DNA from: Podarcis cretensis
Lineage: Eukaryota
Assembly (NCBI GenBank): GCA_951804945.1
Contig: OX638160.1
Location: forward strand, 31,496,001-31,560,000
Reading direction: 5' to 3'
Length of the DNA: 64,000 nucleotides
Shown: positions 50,682-64,000 of the stretch, piece after piece
How the letters are laid out: each line of letters begins with the position of its first letter
Numbering within the stretch: position 1 is the first letter of the stretch
Made by a program: the position numbers and the translations under genes
The notes under the pieces: generated by a model
Databases searched by the model: none
Seen by the model: only the letters and a program-made list of their open reading frames with translations
What the model was told of the DNA's origin: nothing

Positions 50682-50682
<1 letters not shown>

Positions 50683-50716
<34 letters not shown>
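50683..50716 (+). repeat. (ATT)n microsatellite
   Basis: Directly visible. Confidence 0.92.
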
Positions 50717-50718
<2 letters not shown>

Positions 50719-51984
50719 CAGCCATTCCTGTTTCGTATATATCTATGGGCAAAATGTCAGGATAGGTCATACAAATACGGACTGCTATCACCTGAACAGC
50801 TTTCCCTTACTAATGTTTACTAAGCATTCATGAATAAATTCTCCCTGCTTAGTCACATAGGCTACAATCCTGCACACTGAAATAGTGGGATTTCAGCCGC
50901 GAAGCTGAGTACAGGATTGCAGCCCAAAGCTGTCAACTGGCTCCTGCTTCCAACATCACAATTTAGCTACATTAGCCTAGCCATCTTAGTACAAAACAAC
51001 AAGGGGGAAATCTCTGAGGTGGGAGATAAATGAGGTTTCAAACACAGGTTTATAAAATTCCACATCTGAAATTGTCAAGAACTACCAGCAGAAAATCCTC
51101 ATCATTTCCATGGAGAGAAGGAGGGATATAAAATATGTCTGTATTGTCATTTGCACTTGGAGTGACTGCCGGGAGAATTGAAGGTTGTTATTAATAAGGA
51201 TCCCTGCTGCTGCTTCAGTCGATGATTTATCACTTCCCCATCTAAATGGGAGGAGGTCAGATTGGAGAGGAGAAATTATTCATTCAAGATGGCATTTCTC
51301 CTTCCGCAGCTGACACCTTGGAAAAAAATTTGTAATTCATACCTAATTAGTGATCGACCATAGTTGTGTTTATGATACTGTTCATTCAGGTGCACAATAA
51401 AACTGCTGCTTTCAAACACAGTTCCTACAGTGCTGTGACTATTAGGCACAAAATGTATCTGTGTAATTAGCAATCATGATCCTCCTTGCTTCGCATTGCT
51501 GACCCCACTGGGGCAGCATTCGGTACTCATACCTAGCCTTACACCATTGTAAAGGATTGTGAGGTTTCGCTTTTTAAAATACAACATAAGAGATAAGCAT
51601 ATTTTTAGTCTTGATTTAAAATAGAGCTATGGCATCACTTTCCCCTTTCTGCTCAGCTAATGAGTCTGAAGCCTTCGTAAAATTTTACAAATTCCACCTA
51701 TTATTATGTGGCGCTATCCAGATTTTGAATGAAGTGGCTGCAACAACATGTATAACTGAGGAATACAAAAAGCAATTCCCAGAGGTCATAGAGGTCATTT
51801 TTAGAAGTGGCAGATTGTCAAATGCAAAAGTGAATGCATACTGAATTTTTGTGAATTCCCACCCACCACCACACTTGCATGTATAGAAAGAGCTAGAGGG
51901 TGCTCATTGCAGGTTCCTAGAGATCAGAGTGCATCTGTTTTGATACTCCCCAGTTGTTTTGCTGCTGCATCATACTGGGCTACG

Positions 51985-52275
51985 CCTTGGTTTGACTTAG
52001 TGTGTCATCTGAACCCGAGCTCATTGTTTTGCTCTCCACAAGCTAACCACAAGCTGTAGCCAAGGTGTGGCTTATTGTTTGTTATTCGTCTAAGACAGCT
52101 AAATCACATAGCACTTTTGGATTACACACTAAGCCAAGCCATAGTTTAGTTCAGTTCAGCAGCAAAATAACAAGGGAGGAGCGAGACACATACAATCTCA
52201 CCTCCCAGAGCCCATACTCATGCATGTTTTCTATAAGCCATGGCTTGGCTCAGCATGGTGTATAAACCAGGCTAC
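51985..52275 (+). repeat. Old interspersed repeat (family of 38200-38752)
   Basis: Shared blocks with the reverse complement of 38200-38752; recurrent ctaagcca / tggcttag-type motifs. Confidence 0.6.
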
Positions 52276-55200
52276 TGGGTACGTACAAAGTTTCAGCCTT
52301 AGCTGATGCAAAACCATGTGGTATTTTAAAAGATAAAGTTGAGGAAAGAAATCAATGAAGACTAACTGCTTAGGGATCTGAGAGGCCAATATCCATAGTT
52401 TAATTTGAGGTGGGACATGTATTTGAGTTCAAGTAATACTGCTTAGGAAAGTAGCTCCAGGTTTTAGCTATGAAGAGGATCGGAAGGGAGATTAAGGAAG
52501 GCACACTGAGGGAATAAAAGAAAGAAATTTCATTGTTCTTGCCTCCATACACAAGCACGTTAGGCTTGTATATTTAAACTTGTATTATCTATCTGCTCTG
52601 CAAAACTCACATCCAATCCAGGCTTTGTTGTAAACCAGTCTTCAGATGGATTGATAACTCAACTTGAATGGAAAACAAGTAGCGACAGAGGATCAAATAT
52701 TTAGTTTTAGAATAAGGTAAAATGAATCAGACAGAGGTTAAAGAGATGGTACAGACAATGTGACAACGCAAGACAATGCAAGCCCTCTGGGCTGCAGCTC
52801 AGAGAGGAAGACAGCAAGGTTTTCTCTTTGCTAAGGAAATAAGTAGTATTTGGTGGGGAAATGGGTAAGCACAATATTTTGGTTAATTCAGCAACTTTTA
52901 CAAATTTGAGTCTGTAATGAAATCTTTATCTAGTCCACACATTTGCATAAACCATAGGAGCTTGTATTTATCAGAAAATTATTTAGCTCTACTGTACAGG
53001 CAATGAGATAAGCTGTAAAGCTCAGGCTGCCAGACTATTTTATAAAATGGAATTCCTGTACTCAATTTGTGTATTACATTTTTTTTTATCATCTTTCTTC
53101 CAATGAACTCAGGACAATGTATGTGGGTCCCAACAACAACCCTGTGAGGTAAGTGAGAACGGGGCAAAGTGAATGGCCCAAGGCTTAAGCAGGGATTTCA
53201 GCTGGAAACTCTACCATTTAATGCTTTTTAGCCTTCCCCGTGCACAGAAGGCAAAAGTGATGAAATGGTCTGTGAGCTCAAATGCTCCTTTTGCCCAATT
53301 GCCATTAGGTAGTGCACACTTTTAGCAGAACTTTAAGTATAGGCGCCCCTCCCCTTGCATGGGAATTATGTTCTGGGATCCCATGCACATAAGCGAAAAT
53401 CACGTAAGTGGGGAAACCCTCTAAAAAGCCTCTAATTGTCCAATTCCCCCTGCTCTTCAGCTCTCTCTCCTGCTCTCTCCACAGTCCAGACCAAAATAGG
53501 CAGAAAAATCATTAAGCAGTCTGCCAAGACCCTCAGAAATTTTTATATTGTCCATGGGGGGAAAGTTAGGGAACTGCTGGTCTATTGCCAATTAAATGAA
53601 CTCTGTGTACAGCTGAAAGAGTAGAGTTTTCAGCAATGCATAAAGGGGAGGGGAGTTTTAGGCAGGAGTCCTTTGTATGAAAACCAGCTTACCTGTTTGT
53701 GAAATGATGGAGGACATGAAAATACGTCTGGTATGATTTAAAAGTAGTTATTCAAAGTTATGAATTATATGCATTGTGTGTTTCATATATTGGTAAGTTG
53801 TATGTTTAAATGCTGATGGCATATTTAAATGTTGATGGAATATTTCAAAATAAAGTTTCATAGTAAGGAAGATTGCAGGGTTATTAACACTGCAATCTGG
53901 AGAAATTGCAGAGGCTTTTGACAAATAGGCTTCACTGTATTTGCACTGCTTAACATTCCACTTTACTGTACTGAAATATTGGTGCAGGGATAAGAGTTAG
54001 AGATGCGAAGCCTACTTTTGCAAACTTTTAAAAATAAGTTTTTTATTAAGCTAGACTGGAAAGTCATTATGGGACTGAATCACTTACATGTGACCCATTT
54101 TCTGTTCTATTCCCCTTTTTGAATTTCCCTTTTCATACTGACAACATTTCCATAAAGAATGAAATAGCATGCACTGGGGAGTTACTAATCAAATAGTCCT
54201 TAGACCACGGAATGCAAACATCATGCTGTCAAAACTGTCACTGAAAATAAAGCTAATTATCTCCATTATAAGAAAGAACATGGGCACGTCAGTGTTTCCT
54301 ATCAAGCATCAGGAGGAAAAAAAACTTCCTCTGTTGTTGCTTATGGTGGAAACAATGCCTTATTTCACAAATCAGCCTCATTAAGTCTCTATCCATCAGT
54401 TTCTGTAAGATAACAATTGCTGACAGTTTTTGATATTTCGAACATATGTTTATTTTTTAAAAAAAAACGATGATAGCCTGTTGCCTGTTCGCTTGGACTA
54501 CTGTCTGTGCCACTGAGTTAATTGTCGACATTTCATCCTCAAATATGTGTGGGAGGAGGCGTATTTTGAAAGATGGAGCAATAACAATTAGTTTAAAGTC
54601 ATTAGACCCAATGGATATAATTCATCTAATGGAGCTACTGATCCAAAGCAGTTTTCCTCATTAACCCTATGCCAATTACCTCCCACAGAAACAGACGTAG
54701 CTGGGTGCATGGATCATGGCCCTCACCCCTCAATTATTTCCACCTTTCTATGCATTTGTTGGATTCATGCACTTTTTGTTTTGATGTACTGGAATAATGC
54801 ATGATTATGCAAAACAACAATATGCTTGAATTTTAAAAAAAGAAAAGCTACATTTGCATACAGCCACCAAATTGAAAGAAAATAATGTTATTTTACTCTT
54901 TGGCACTCAGGCCTCTAACTCTGGTTCAGCATTATCATTACAGCGTGAAGAGGGACTATGAATAATTCAGGAGCTCCCTTCTTTACCCACACACCCAGTG
55001 CCACAAATAAGCAATTAAATTAAAAACTGCTCTAATGAAATGTTTAGGTTGCAAATATCATAAGAAAGTCGGGGAAAGCAAGAGAGAAAAAAGTCGGGAC
55101 ACCACATTAATTGAAAAGACTGCGCAGAGGAACAGAGTTTTAGAATATATAACAACGATGCTACGCCATGCACAGTTCTATTGCTACAAATACGCATTTA

Positions 55201-58200
55201 TAATTGTAGCCCACAAACAGAAATATTATGCAGGCCCTAATAAAGTGGTGGCAGCAAGAGAAGCTTTCTCAGAGAGCATAGCAGCAAAAACAGGCTTAGT
55301 GTTTCCATTTCTAATGCAAAGGATATATAAAACACCTAAGCTACCCAAGCTTGTGCGACTCAAACACTAATGACATTGCTCATCGTCTCATTCATGGACT
55401 TCAGGATTAGATCATTAAAGGAGGAAGATGTGGGTGAACATGGGAGAAAGGCAAAGATAAGATTTTCAAAGCCCAAAGGTGGATCCAATGGGCAAGAGGC
55501 CAACTTTGCAAACTACTGTACACATTGCTAAGGCTATGACTTCGTAAACTACAAGAGCCTGTTTTCTTAATGAAAATTCAGTTTTCTCAGAGAGTGGTAA
55601 TGATGAAAAGAGTAGGATGATTAAGTTTCAGCAAGATGCATTTTCAGCATACGTTCATTTCAGACAAGAATTCTAGGGTGTGTAGAAATGGGATACATGC
55701 AAGGTGATTTGCCCACAGTGTATATAGATTCTGTGCAGAAGACCCAAAGATTGCATGGAGGCCCCTAAAGGCTCTGCTGCTGTGATCCTGCTCCTCTGAT
55801 TCCCAGGTGCTCAGCCTTGAGCCTGGTCACATGAAAACGGCTAAGATCATTGAGGAGAACAGCAGAAGGCCTGTAAGCCCAGAATGATAACTAGTTTCAG
55901 GCTCAAACATACTGCTAAAACAGCTGTTTTGTGCGTCAAACAAGAGGTAGGGCCCAGCTGATGCACTCAATAGAGAGACCTTTGATAAAAGTAGACTCCT
56001 CCATAAATGGGAGGGGAGGGGAGGGGAGGGGATTGTGGCAATTCGCCCTTCCTTCTGCAGTCCTCAATGCCACATTCCACCCTGTTCTGGAGGGTCCTCT
56101 AACTCTTTGGAACAGATTTTCAGGCATGCTTGGGAGCAGGTGGGAGGTGGCAAAAACTGACAAGAGTTCTGTGTGAAGAAGGATTGAAGAGGGAAGTGCC
56201 AGTGATTGAAGCATGTACATATGATTCACAGGTCATATCTTCTGAACAGAAAATCTCTCTCTCTCTCCCTCTCTCCTTTTACAATTCAAAGAGAATTCTG
56301 CAGATGTTGAATTGTCCTGGGTCACTTTGGGGTACTGGTTGACGTGCAAAATAAATAAATAAATCAGAATTCCAGTTTCAATGTTTTAGCAAGTATTCGG
56401 GAACTCTTAGAAATCCCCAGCTCCATGGCGAGCCCGGCACCCTCCAGGCTCACATAATCTGCCTGCTCTTCTTTTTGACCTACATACAGTACTGATTATT
56501 ACAGCTTTCATTTTGCAGGAGTAATTCTGGCCTACTGCGCTAATAATTTTGCTGATGGGACCTAATTAACAACCAGACAATCTACCCTACCCCTTCCACT
56601 TGACAGTGTTAACAAACCCATAATGAAATTTCAATCAAACTACAATGTGTGCAACAGAACATAATCATTCAGGGGTTTTTTGCTTTAGCTTTCACAATGT
56701 AGAATTATAACCTGACGCTGAAACACAGTAAAGTTTTTGTGTGTTTGGAATGAGATGCAAATTAATTTGCGTCAAAGAGATGCCTATTAAAATCTGCACA
56801 AAATAAAAGTGACCTTCATGCTTCTAATCTAATCCCATGATTTCTACTCAGAAATAAGTCCCACAGAGCACAGCGGAACTTACTCTTAGGTAAGAGGGTA
56901 TAGCATTGTAGCCTTAACCTGATTTTTATGGGACTAATTAAATCAAGTTTGGATCAGAGAGGCAGGGCACCAATGAAAAGAAGCATGTTTCTGCATACTA
57001 GTAAATAGTCATATATTCATGTATATTTCATTTGAAATGTATATCAACATTTCAGTGTTGTTTTGAAGTTAATGGTAGCACAGAGCAGAGATGAAGAACC
57101 TTTGGCACTCCAAAGGTTGGACTGCAACTCCAATCAGCCCAAGTCAGCATGGCCAATTATCTGGGAATTATTTCCAGGTCAAAGTGTTTAAGGTTGAAGC
57201 CTTCTCCTTATGCGCTTAAAATTAGATGTATGGACACACATGATGCAGATGCACTTTTAAACATGCAGACAATGGGAGGTGTGGACCTGCTTCCACCATC
57301 AGCATGTTGACTGCCCATGCATTCATTACCTGAAGACAGCTAGAGTTCATCATCACTTACCTACTACAGATACATAGAGCTTCATTACTTAAGGCCAATC
57401 CAGTCCCCAGCTATACGCTTCCTTTCCACTTCCATCTACACTAGTTTGCAAGTGGAAGTCTCTTGCTTCCAACCCTGTCTACCATCACCAGCCCCCTCCC
57501 AACCGAGGCCCCCTCCCAGCTCCCAAGTTAAAGCATCCTTGTGCCCACCAGTGCCTACTGCTGAGCCCACCAATATCCCCTCAAAAATACACAACACATC
57601 CTATTCAGTTTGCTCATCCTATTCAGTTCCTGTTTTCACCAGCTTGGCCTCTCCTATACTGAACATGTCCTCTTTAACACGCCCACATTTCATTGCATTC
57701 CAAGACTAGATGACCATCTCCCCTTCCATTCTGAATGAGAAGTGCAAAGAACTTCTCTCAGTGAGTGCTCAAGTAAAGCAGTGGCCAATGTAGATGCTTG
57801 GGATCCCTAAAGTAAGGTTTTGCGTATTTTTTTGCTTATTTTGACAAGAGTCCACAAAACAGAGAAGGTAAATCATTGATTTCAACGTAGGATGGTCAGA
57901 AAGGTGTCACTGAGAGCTCAAGTTATCTCTGAGGCCCAGTAAGAAGTGACATAAGATTCTTTTTCAGACATACATGATGAAAAATGTTTTTTGTATGATT
58001 GAATGCATTCTCTACCAAAACCACAATACCAGAGAACTTTTAATCAGAAAATCATTCTACTGTACTTTAAGCACCCTAGCCCATTATTTATAGATCACTA
58101 ATGCATATTGAATGCCAAAAAGTCCCATTTGTCTGCAATGAAACTGAAAACACAATGAAAGTGTTTTAAAACTTAGACTTTATTATCTAGCACTTATCTA

Positions 58201-58321
58201 GCCATGCATGATAAAAACACATAAAAACCAACTTGATAAATCACTAACCACTTAGATGAATTAAGTACCTCCCCAAAAAAATCTGTATATGACTATTCTT
58301 TCTGCATATAACCATTTAAAG

Positions 58322-58457
58322 CAGTGGTGGCCAAACCTGACCCTCCAGCTGTTTTGGGACTACAATTCCCATCATCCCTGACCACTAGTCCTGTTAGCTA
58401 GCGATGATGGGATTTGTAGTCCCAAAACAGCTAGAGGGCCAAGTTTGGCTATCACTG
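58322..58457. mobile_element. Palindromic hAT MITE (URR1-like), 136 bp
   Basis: TIR cagtggtggccaaac / gtttggctatcactg; perfect 8-bp TSD ATTTAAAG at 58314-58321 and 58458-58465. Confidence 0.92.
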
Positions 58458-58484
58458 ATTTAAAGAAGGTGTAGAAAAGCATTG

Positions 58485-58601
58485 GGCCTTCAGATGTTGC
58501 TGAACTGTAACTCCCATCATTCCTTGTAACTGGCCGTGCTTGCTAGGGCTGATGGGAGTTGAAGTTCAGCAACACTGAGGGCCAAAAATCGGCCACTCCT
58601 G
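58485..58601. mobile_element. Adjacent older palindromic hAT MITE
   Basis: tgttgctgaactgtaactcccatca / tgatgggagttgaagttcagcaaca. Confidence 0.7.
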
Positions 58602-58789
58602 ATGTAGACTCCTAGTCTACAATTGAGGGTTCACATGAATGCTCCTTCATATTAAAAATCATTCCACATAGAAGATTAGATATTAGGGAGAAGGTTTCTA
58701 ATCTAGCATCTTTTGTTCTAATTTCTAGTTTTCCATGTGAAAGGGTTTTGTTTGTTTATACGGAGTATTTGCTACAGTCTTGAGAGTGG

Positions 58790-58956
58790 TCAAGAGAGTC
58801 CTGTTGAATTAGACCTCAGCCTCATCTAGTCTAGCATTCAATTTCCATAGTGGCCAGCCAGATTTCTATAGAAAGCACACAAGTATAACAAGAGCACTAA
58901 AGTATTCACCCACTAGTGATCCCCACCAACTGGTGTTCAGAGACATATTGCCTCTG
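58790..58956 (-). mobile_element. CR1-type 3' UTR remnant
   Basis: Reverse complement resembles 40272-40448 (gtggccagccagat; caactggtgttcagag). Confidence 0.55.
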
Positions 58957-59892
58957 CTTGGTACCAGAAGATGTTGCTGGGGAACTTCTGGTCAGGTGTA
59001 TCTCATCATCTGTTCTCTGTGAGATACACATCTTGGTCTTTGATGATAGGCCAGTGTAGGATATTGTGAAACCGGTGCATCTTATATAGCTAATGTATAC
59101 AGTTTTTCCTAGAGAATGCTATATTTAATTTTGCATAGGAATGGCAAAAACATTCTATAAAGCACACAATCCTGTGTTTGTGTAGGATTTTGTGGTGTTA
59201 AGTTTATTTGTGGTCCATGTTTAGCATGGAACCCAACACGTTTATATTTATTTAATCTGAAAACTGGAAAAATGAGCAGAGGAAATTAATTCAAGAAAAA
59301 TAAAACTTCTATTAGGAATTCTTAGTGCTTTATGAACATTTCCCTATTCTTATATACCAAACTGCCAATAAAACACTGTTTCAATCGCAGCTTCATTGTC
59401 CCACTTTTATTTTTGAAAATGCACTAGGTTTGTTTTTTAAAAAATAATAATCCACAAAGTCATGCTCTTCGACCTTTCTTTATTACTGGTATCCACTGAA
59501 CCTTTTCAAGATGAATGGTAGATATCTTTACCTTGGACAGTTCATTTAGCAATCACAATATTTCCTATAAGTTAGATAAATTGAGTGGTCACTTAACACT
59601 GAGAGAGGCCAACATCAATTGTCGCAAAGGTCATCCAGCCCAGTTACCATGTACTGTATTAAATTGTCATCAAATCTGAACAGCAATTTCATCAATAATC
59701 CATCCAACTAGAATGACTGCAAATTTCAAAAACTAACTATACTACAGATGCACAGAAGCAGTAATGGGATTCATGCAACTCTGAGGCATGTCATAGGATA
59801 CTGTAATTCTTTCGGTGGGGGGAACAAACTTCTGGTGTTCTTGGCATTTTCCAATCGTATCTCTCAGAATAAGGCAGTGCCTAGATCATAGA

Positions 59893-60024
59893 CAGGCAAT
59901 GTGGTGCCCTCCAGATGTTGTCGAACTACAACTCCCATCATACCTGACCACTGGATGTACTGGCAGAGGCTAATGGGAGCGAGAGTCCAAAAATAACTGG
60001 AGGGCAGCACATTAGCTACTCTGG
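59893..60024. mobile_element. Palindromic hAT MITE (URR1-like), diverged
   Basis: gccctccagatgttg..gaactacaactcccatca...taatgggag...ctggagggc. Confidence 0.65.
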
Positions 60025-60477
60025 TCTAAATCAGCCACCTGTACCCTTAAGATAATCTATGGAGACCCTTCTCAGAAGGTTGGTCTTTTTAGCAGTGCTC
60101 CCCACAAGCTATAGAATGCTTCCCCTAGGAAAGTCCACCTGGCATCCATATAATTGTCTTTTGGCACCAGGTTAAGAAATTGTTTTTTGTTCTCACAGGC
60201 CTTTTAAGATCTGGTTTTAAGTCTCCATTAGCCAGTTGGTGGATTATTTGATTAGTGTTTTAGTTCTGTATTAGTTCAGGCACATTTTATGATTTTGTTT
60301 TTTATGCTGGTTATCTCTTGCACTTATGGTGGCTTTTATTGCAATACAGTTTGGGGGTTATTTTTTATTCTTATTTCTCCTCCCTACAATGCCTAGATAA
60401 TGTATTTTATGAGGTGCCTCATAAATCTATGTATCTATGGCCTAGGTGATCATACAATATTATGCAAGGTCAAAGGC

Positions 60478-60590
60478 AGAGGCAGCCAACACAGTGCTCT
60501 CCAGATGTTGCTGGACTCCCAGCTCCCATCAGCCCCAGCCAGCATGGTTTATGGTCAGGTACGCTGGGAGCTGTACTCAAACAGCATTAC
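60478..60590. mobile_element. Palindromic hAT MITE (URR1-like), partial
   Basis: ctccagatgttgctggactcccagctcccatcagccccagccagcatgg...tgggagctgta. Confidence 0.6.
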
Positions 60591-61191
60591 CTCTAGTGTT
60601 CGAGCTAGATGTTTTGCCTTTAATCGTATTTTTTTTAGTTGTTAAGACTTCTTCTTTTGATTTAATATAACTATCCTTCTGCTATTTGGCTAGAAGGTTA
60701 CGAGTCCCAACCCTGACGTTCAGTAGAAAAAGGCTCCCAAACTGACAGCTGTATGGGCTTGGATCCAAACAACTGTGAACAGAAGGAGAAAGTATATTAG
60801 TGCTGATCTATGAACAGCAAGCACTAGCCTAAGACTTCTTACAGTGCAGCATTACAATACCCTGGGGGTTGGCTTAACAGCAGAGGAAGTTGCAGAGGGC
60901 CAGGAAAAGGTTGTGAAAGTAACTTGTACAAGTGCTTGCACGGAAAGAAAAACTCAGGATCTAGGATTACTTTTCCCACACCATGCTCCTCCACTGTTGG
61001 AAACAGACCTTCCATCAGCAGCAGATGTACCAGTACTTTCATTAGTGGGACAGCATCTTTAGATTTAAGCTATATAATAACAGTGCTGTTTCTAGTTGAT
61101 TTTAGTGATATGTGTTTCTTGCTTGGAGTGTACATGTACTGTTTTTAGCCACTCTGAATCTTTGGTAATCAAGTGGGCAATAAATCTAAAA

Positions 61192-61373
61192 CAGTGGTTT
61201 CCAATTGGTGGTCTGTGGACCTCAAGAGGGTCTGCATAACCCATTCAGGGGGTCCACAGCATCATTCACATAACAAAAACTACCGCAGAGAGATCAACGT
61301 TTTCAAAAGTAAGGGGTCCATGGTTTGGCTTCTGAAAAACAGGGAGTTTGTATTAGCTAATTAGGAACCACTG
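61192..61373. mobile_element. hAT MITE
   Basis: TIR cagtggtttccaatt / aattaggaaccactg; TSD atctaaaa / atctagaa (7 of 8). Confidence 0.8.
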
Positions 61374-63939
61374 ATCTAGAAAATAAATGAATAGGTAAAT
61401 TATACCTCTCATCGGGAGTCAACCTCAGTGAGAAATAGTGAAAGAACTCTGAAGAATGGGGCTCTATTGTTTCTTAGGTTTACTAGGATGGCTGAGCTGG
61501 AGATGGCTCTCTTCCTGTCCTGAACACAAAGGACATGGATTCTGGTTTCATGCCTGAGAGTACCTGCAAATGTTCTTGTTTATGCATGGTTTATTGATTG
61601 AGAACACTTGCTGCAATATGTATATGGTCACAAAGTCAAAGCCTTTCAGTCTGCATTTGCACATTAGCCATGTTAGATTTATTTGTACATACATTTCAGA
61701 ACCACTGGCGGTCCTTTGATGGTTTAACAACTATCAGGTGACATGCTTTTGGCTTCCTGTGCACGTGCATCAGATGATACTAACCCCTAAGCCCCTTCCT
61801 TTCAGTTCCATCTGTGTTAGACTATCTGGAGCAGCCTTCGACCAATAAAATAAAATGAGTATTGTCAATATTATTCCTGTTACAGATGGAACAAACATAT
61901 TCAGAGATTATGTAGTCCATTCGTTGGTTTATGGCCCAGAGTGTTTTATAGTCTTATACACATAAATGTCAACCATGAGCTATGTTTGCGTCTGAAGCTT
62001 TCTGCTTTAAATGAAACATATGCAAAACTTTACAAAGCCAGACAAGTCCCCGTTGGCTGCATGTGGAAAGGGCAGGAGGGCATCATTTTCCTCAAGACTG
62101 ATATTCTGCTGCAATAGCATCACAATCTATTTGCCTTGGCAAGTAACATTTTTTTACATCTCGGCATTGCACCTCTGCTAGGAAACTGACAAACTAACGT
62201 GCAAATACATCAGTGAGAATGCAAAGGCCTTTTTTCACAACATCACCGCAGATTTCAGGTTGAAAAGTGTTGCCAATCTGAAATAACAGGAGGCTGTCAA
62301 AAAATGAATTTAAACCTTAGTAGGGGAATGGTTAGCACAACCTTGGGTGGAAATATAGCTACCATGTCCTTTAACATAGTGGCTTGGTTTTCAAGCATAA
62401 AAATTGACTGTTTTGTCAAACCACAAGCCTGAAACAACCACAGATGTTAATCTTTGTAGCCAGATGTCAGCTGCTGTTTTTTCTTCTGCATTTGTGGAAT
62501 CTTATCACATCAGCACTGACCCAGCTACTTTTAGATACACCCATTTTTGCTTGCTCGTGCTTATGTTTAAATATCATTAGCCCAATCCAGGTGCTGCTCT
62601 TCATTCACAGAATATTCCTGCTCAAGCAAAGATGTGCCTGTCTACTTCAGTGTCATAGGTACACTTGCACTCATGAGTCCTAGCACGAAACTCTGGGAAA
62701 CCTGCTTTTAAGGAGGAGCTCCATATGCATGTTAGAACAAAACCAAACCTTGGATTAGAGCATCTTTCTGTTACAGAAGTGGCTAAAAAAAACCCCACAG
62801 TTGTTCACCGCATTCCGTTCTCTGGAGAGAGGGAGAAACACTTCAGATAAAGTTTTCCATGAGCTGATTATTTGTTGGTATGGACATTTAGATATAGGGT
62901 GCCTCCAAACATCATGTGCTCCAGTCTTCTAATGCATAGCTCACTCTCTAAAGTTTAGAGGATTAGGGATAAACCATATTCACCTGCACCATTTCCTCCC
63001 ATTTACCCTTCCTGATATCCTAACCAGGAAAGTGTGATTTAAGCAATCCAGACTAGTATTGCAAACCAGGAGGAAACTATGATTTGGAGGGATCACTGCA
63101 ACAGTTTGGTAGGTACAAACATCATGGTAAACTTAAATCAAACCAATAAGTGTTCTATTAAGCAGAGTATGTTAGAGAAGAAAAGATGCAAAACCATGGT
63201 GGGGGTGGGAGAATCAATTTCAAGCACAATTCTAGCTCCTGCTCCAACCCAAAAGCCTCTCTCCTCATTTCAGAGGAAGGACACAATTCATATATGCATC
63301 CTTTTTTCTCATTAAAGAATCAGACTGAAGAGATCAATATGCAAATGTGAATGTGCATGAACCTCCATTCTGAAATGAGAATATGCATGTAGCGTTTTAA
63401 TTTCACCTTTGTGATTGGTGTACTTAGTACCAGAAAATACATTTGTCCTCTCATTTATCAGTGACTGTAGACTGGTTTTACATAAAACTAGGAGAGTGAG
63501 TGCACATGGGGTGGGGGGTGGGGTGCAAATTGGTTCTCCGTGGAGCTTTCTTTTCCAAAAGGCTGTTTTAAAGGAACAGAAGGATGAAGCCCAAGGGGTA
63601 GGTTTCAGTTTCTTCCTCCAGGCCGTTTGACATATTGTTAAGAGAAACTGAAAGAGACCTCCCAAATGAAATGTGACCCATGGGAATGAACCTGCGCAGG
63701 AGCAATCACGCTCAATAATTGCACATATTGTGTTTCTGTGATTGAAATGCCCAAAAGAAAGAAAAAAGTTGGTTGTTCTTTTAGTGCCCTGGAACGGGTG
63801 AGGAGGGAAACTGTTCTTACTTTGGCAACTAAACACATCTGTCATTTCTTAATATATCAGAGCTGGAATGTTGCCCACAGTTTACTAGTAGAACATTTTA
63901 TTTCATGTTTGAATGTGGGAAGAACTGATATCTAAGAGG

Positions 63940-63940
<1 letters not shown>

Positions 63941-63977
<37 letters not shown>
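63941..63977 (+). repeat. (TG)n microsatellite
   Basis: Directly visible. Confidence 0.95.
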
Positions 63978-63979
<2 letters not shown>

Positions 63980-64000
63980 AGAGCAGCCCATTTTCATAGA

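Larger units (their letters stand above)
16703..64000 (-). other. THSD7A: THSD7A intron 1 (partial, >47 kb)
   Basis: Upstream of the exon 2 acceptor on the minus strand. No signal-peptide exon, CpG island or other convincing coding exon seen. Confidence 0.8.

Noticed and set aside
63312-63845. 177-aa minus-strand ORF as THSD7A exon 1
   Set aside because: No resemblance to the THSD7A signal-peptide exon, no CpG island and no phase-1 donor identified.
1-64000. Novel multi-gene system, operon, CRISPR array or RNA gene cluster
   Set aside because: The window is intronic vertebrate DNA with three exons. No regularly spaced repeat-spacer array or compact gene cluster was seen.

Overview
Vertebrate (squamate, most likely lacertid lizard, judged from Sauria SINEs) genomic DNA lying entirely inside the THSD7A gene on the minus strand. 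Three coding exons are present with canonical GT-AG sites and compatible phases: exon 2 (16702-15871, 832 bp), exon 3 (4486-4238, 249 bp) and exon 4 (2556-2375, 182 bp, absent from the ORF track). Exon numbering follows the human gene from memory. Everything above 16702 is the first intron; no exon 1 or CpG island is visible. The introns hold Sauria SINEs, tRNA-derived SINEs, L2, CR1, RTE-like and L1-like remnants, hAT and Tc1/mariner-pogo MITEs (several with intact TSDs, several nested) and microsatellites. I found no evidence of a novel multi-gene system. The best leads are a fold-back Sauria SINE inside a single TSD, inverted repeat pairs flanking the large exon 2 (circRNA hypothesis), a MITE at the centre of a larger palindrome, a Tigger1-like terminus and a candidate 44-nt poison exon. 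Repeat family names come from recognition, not from a database search.
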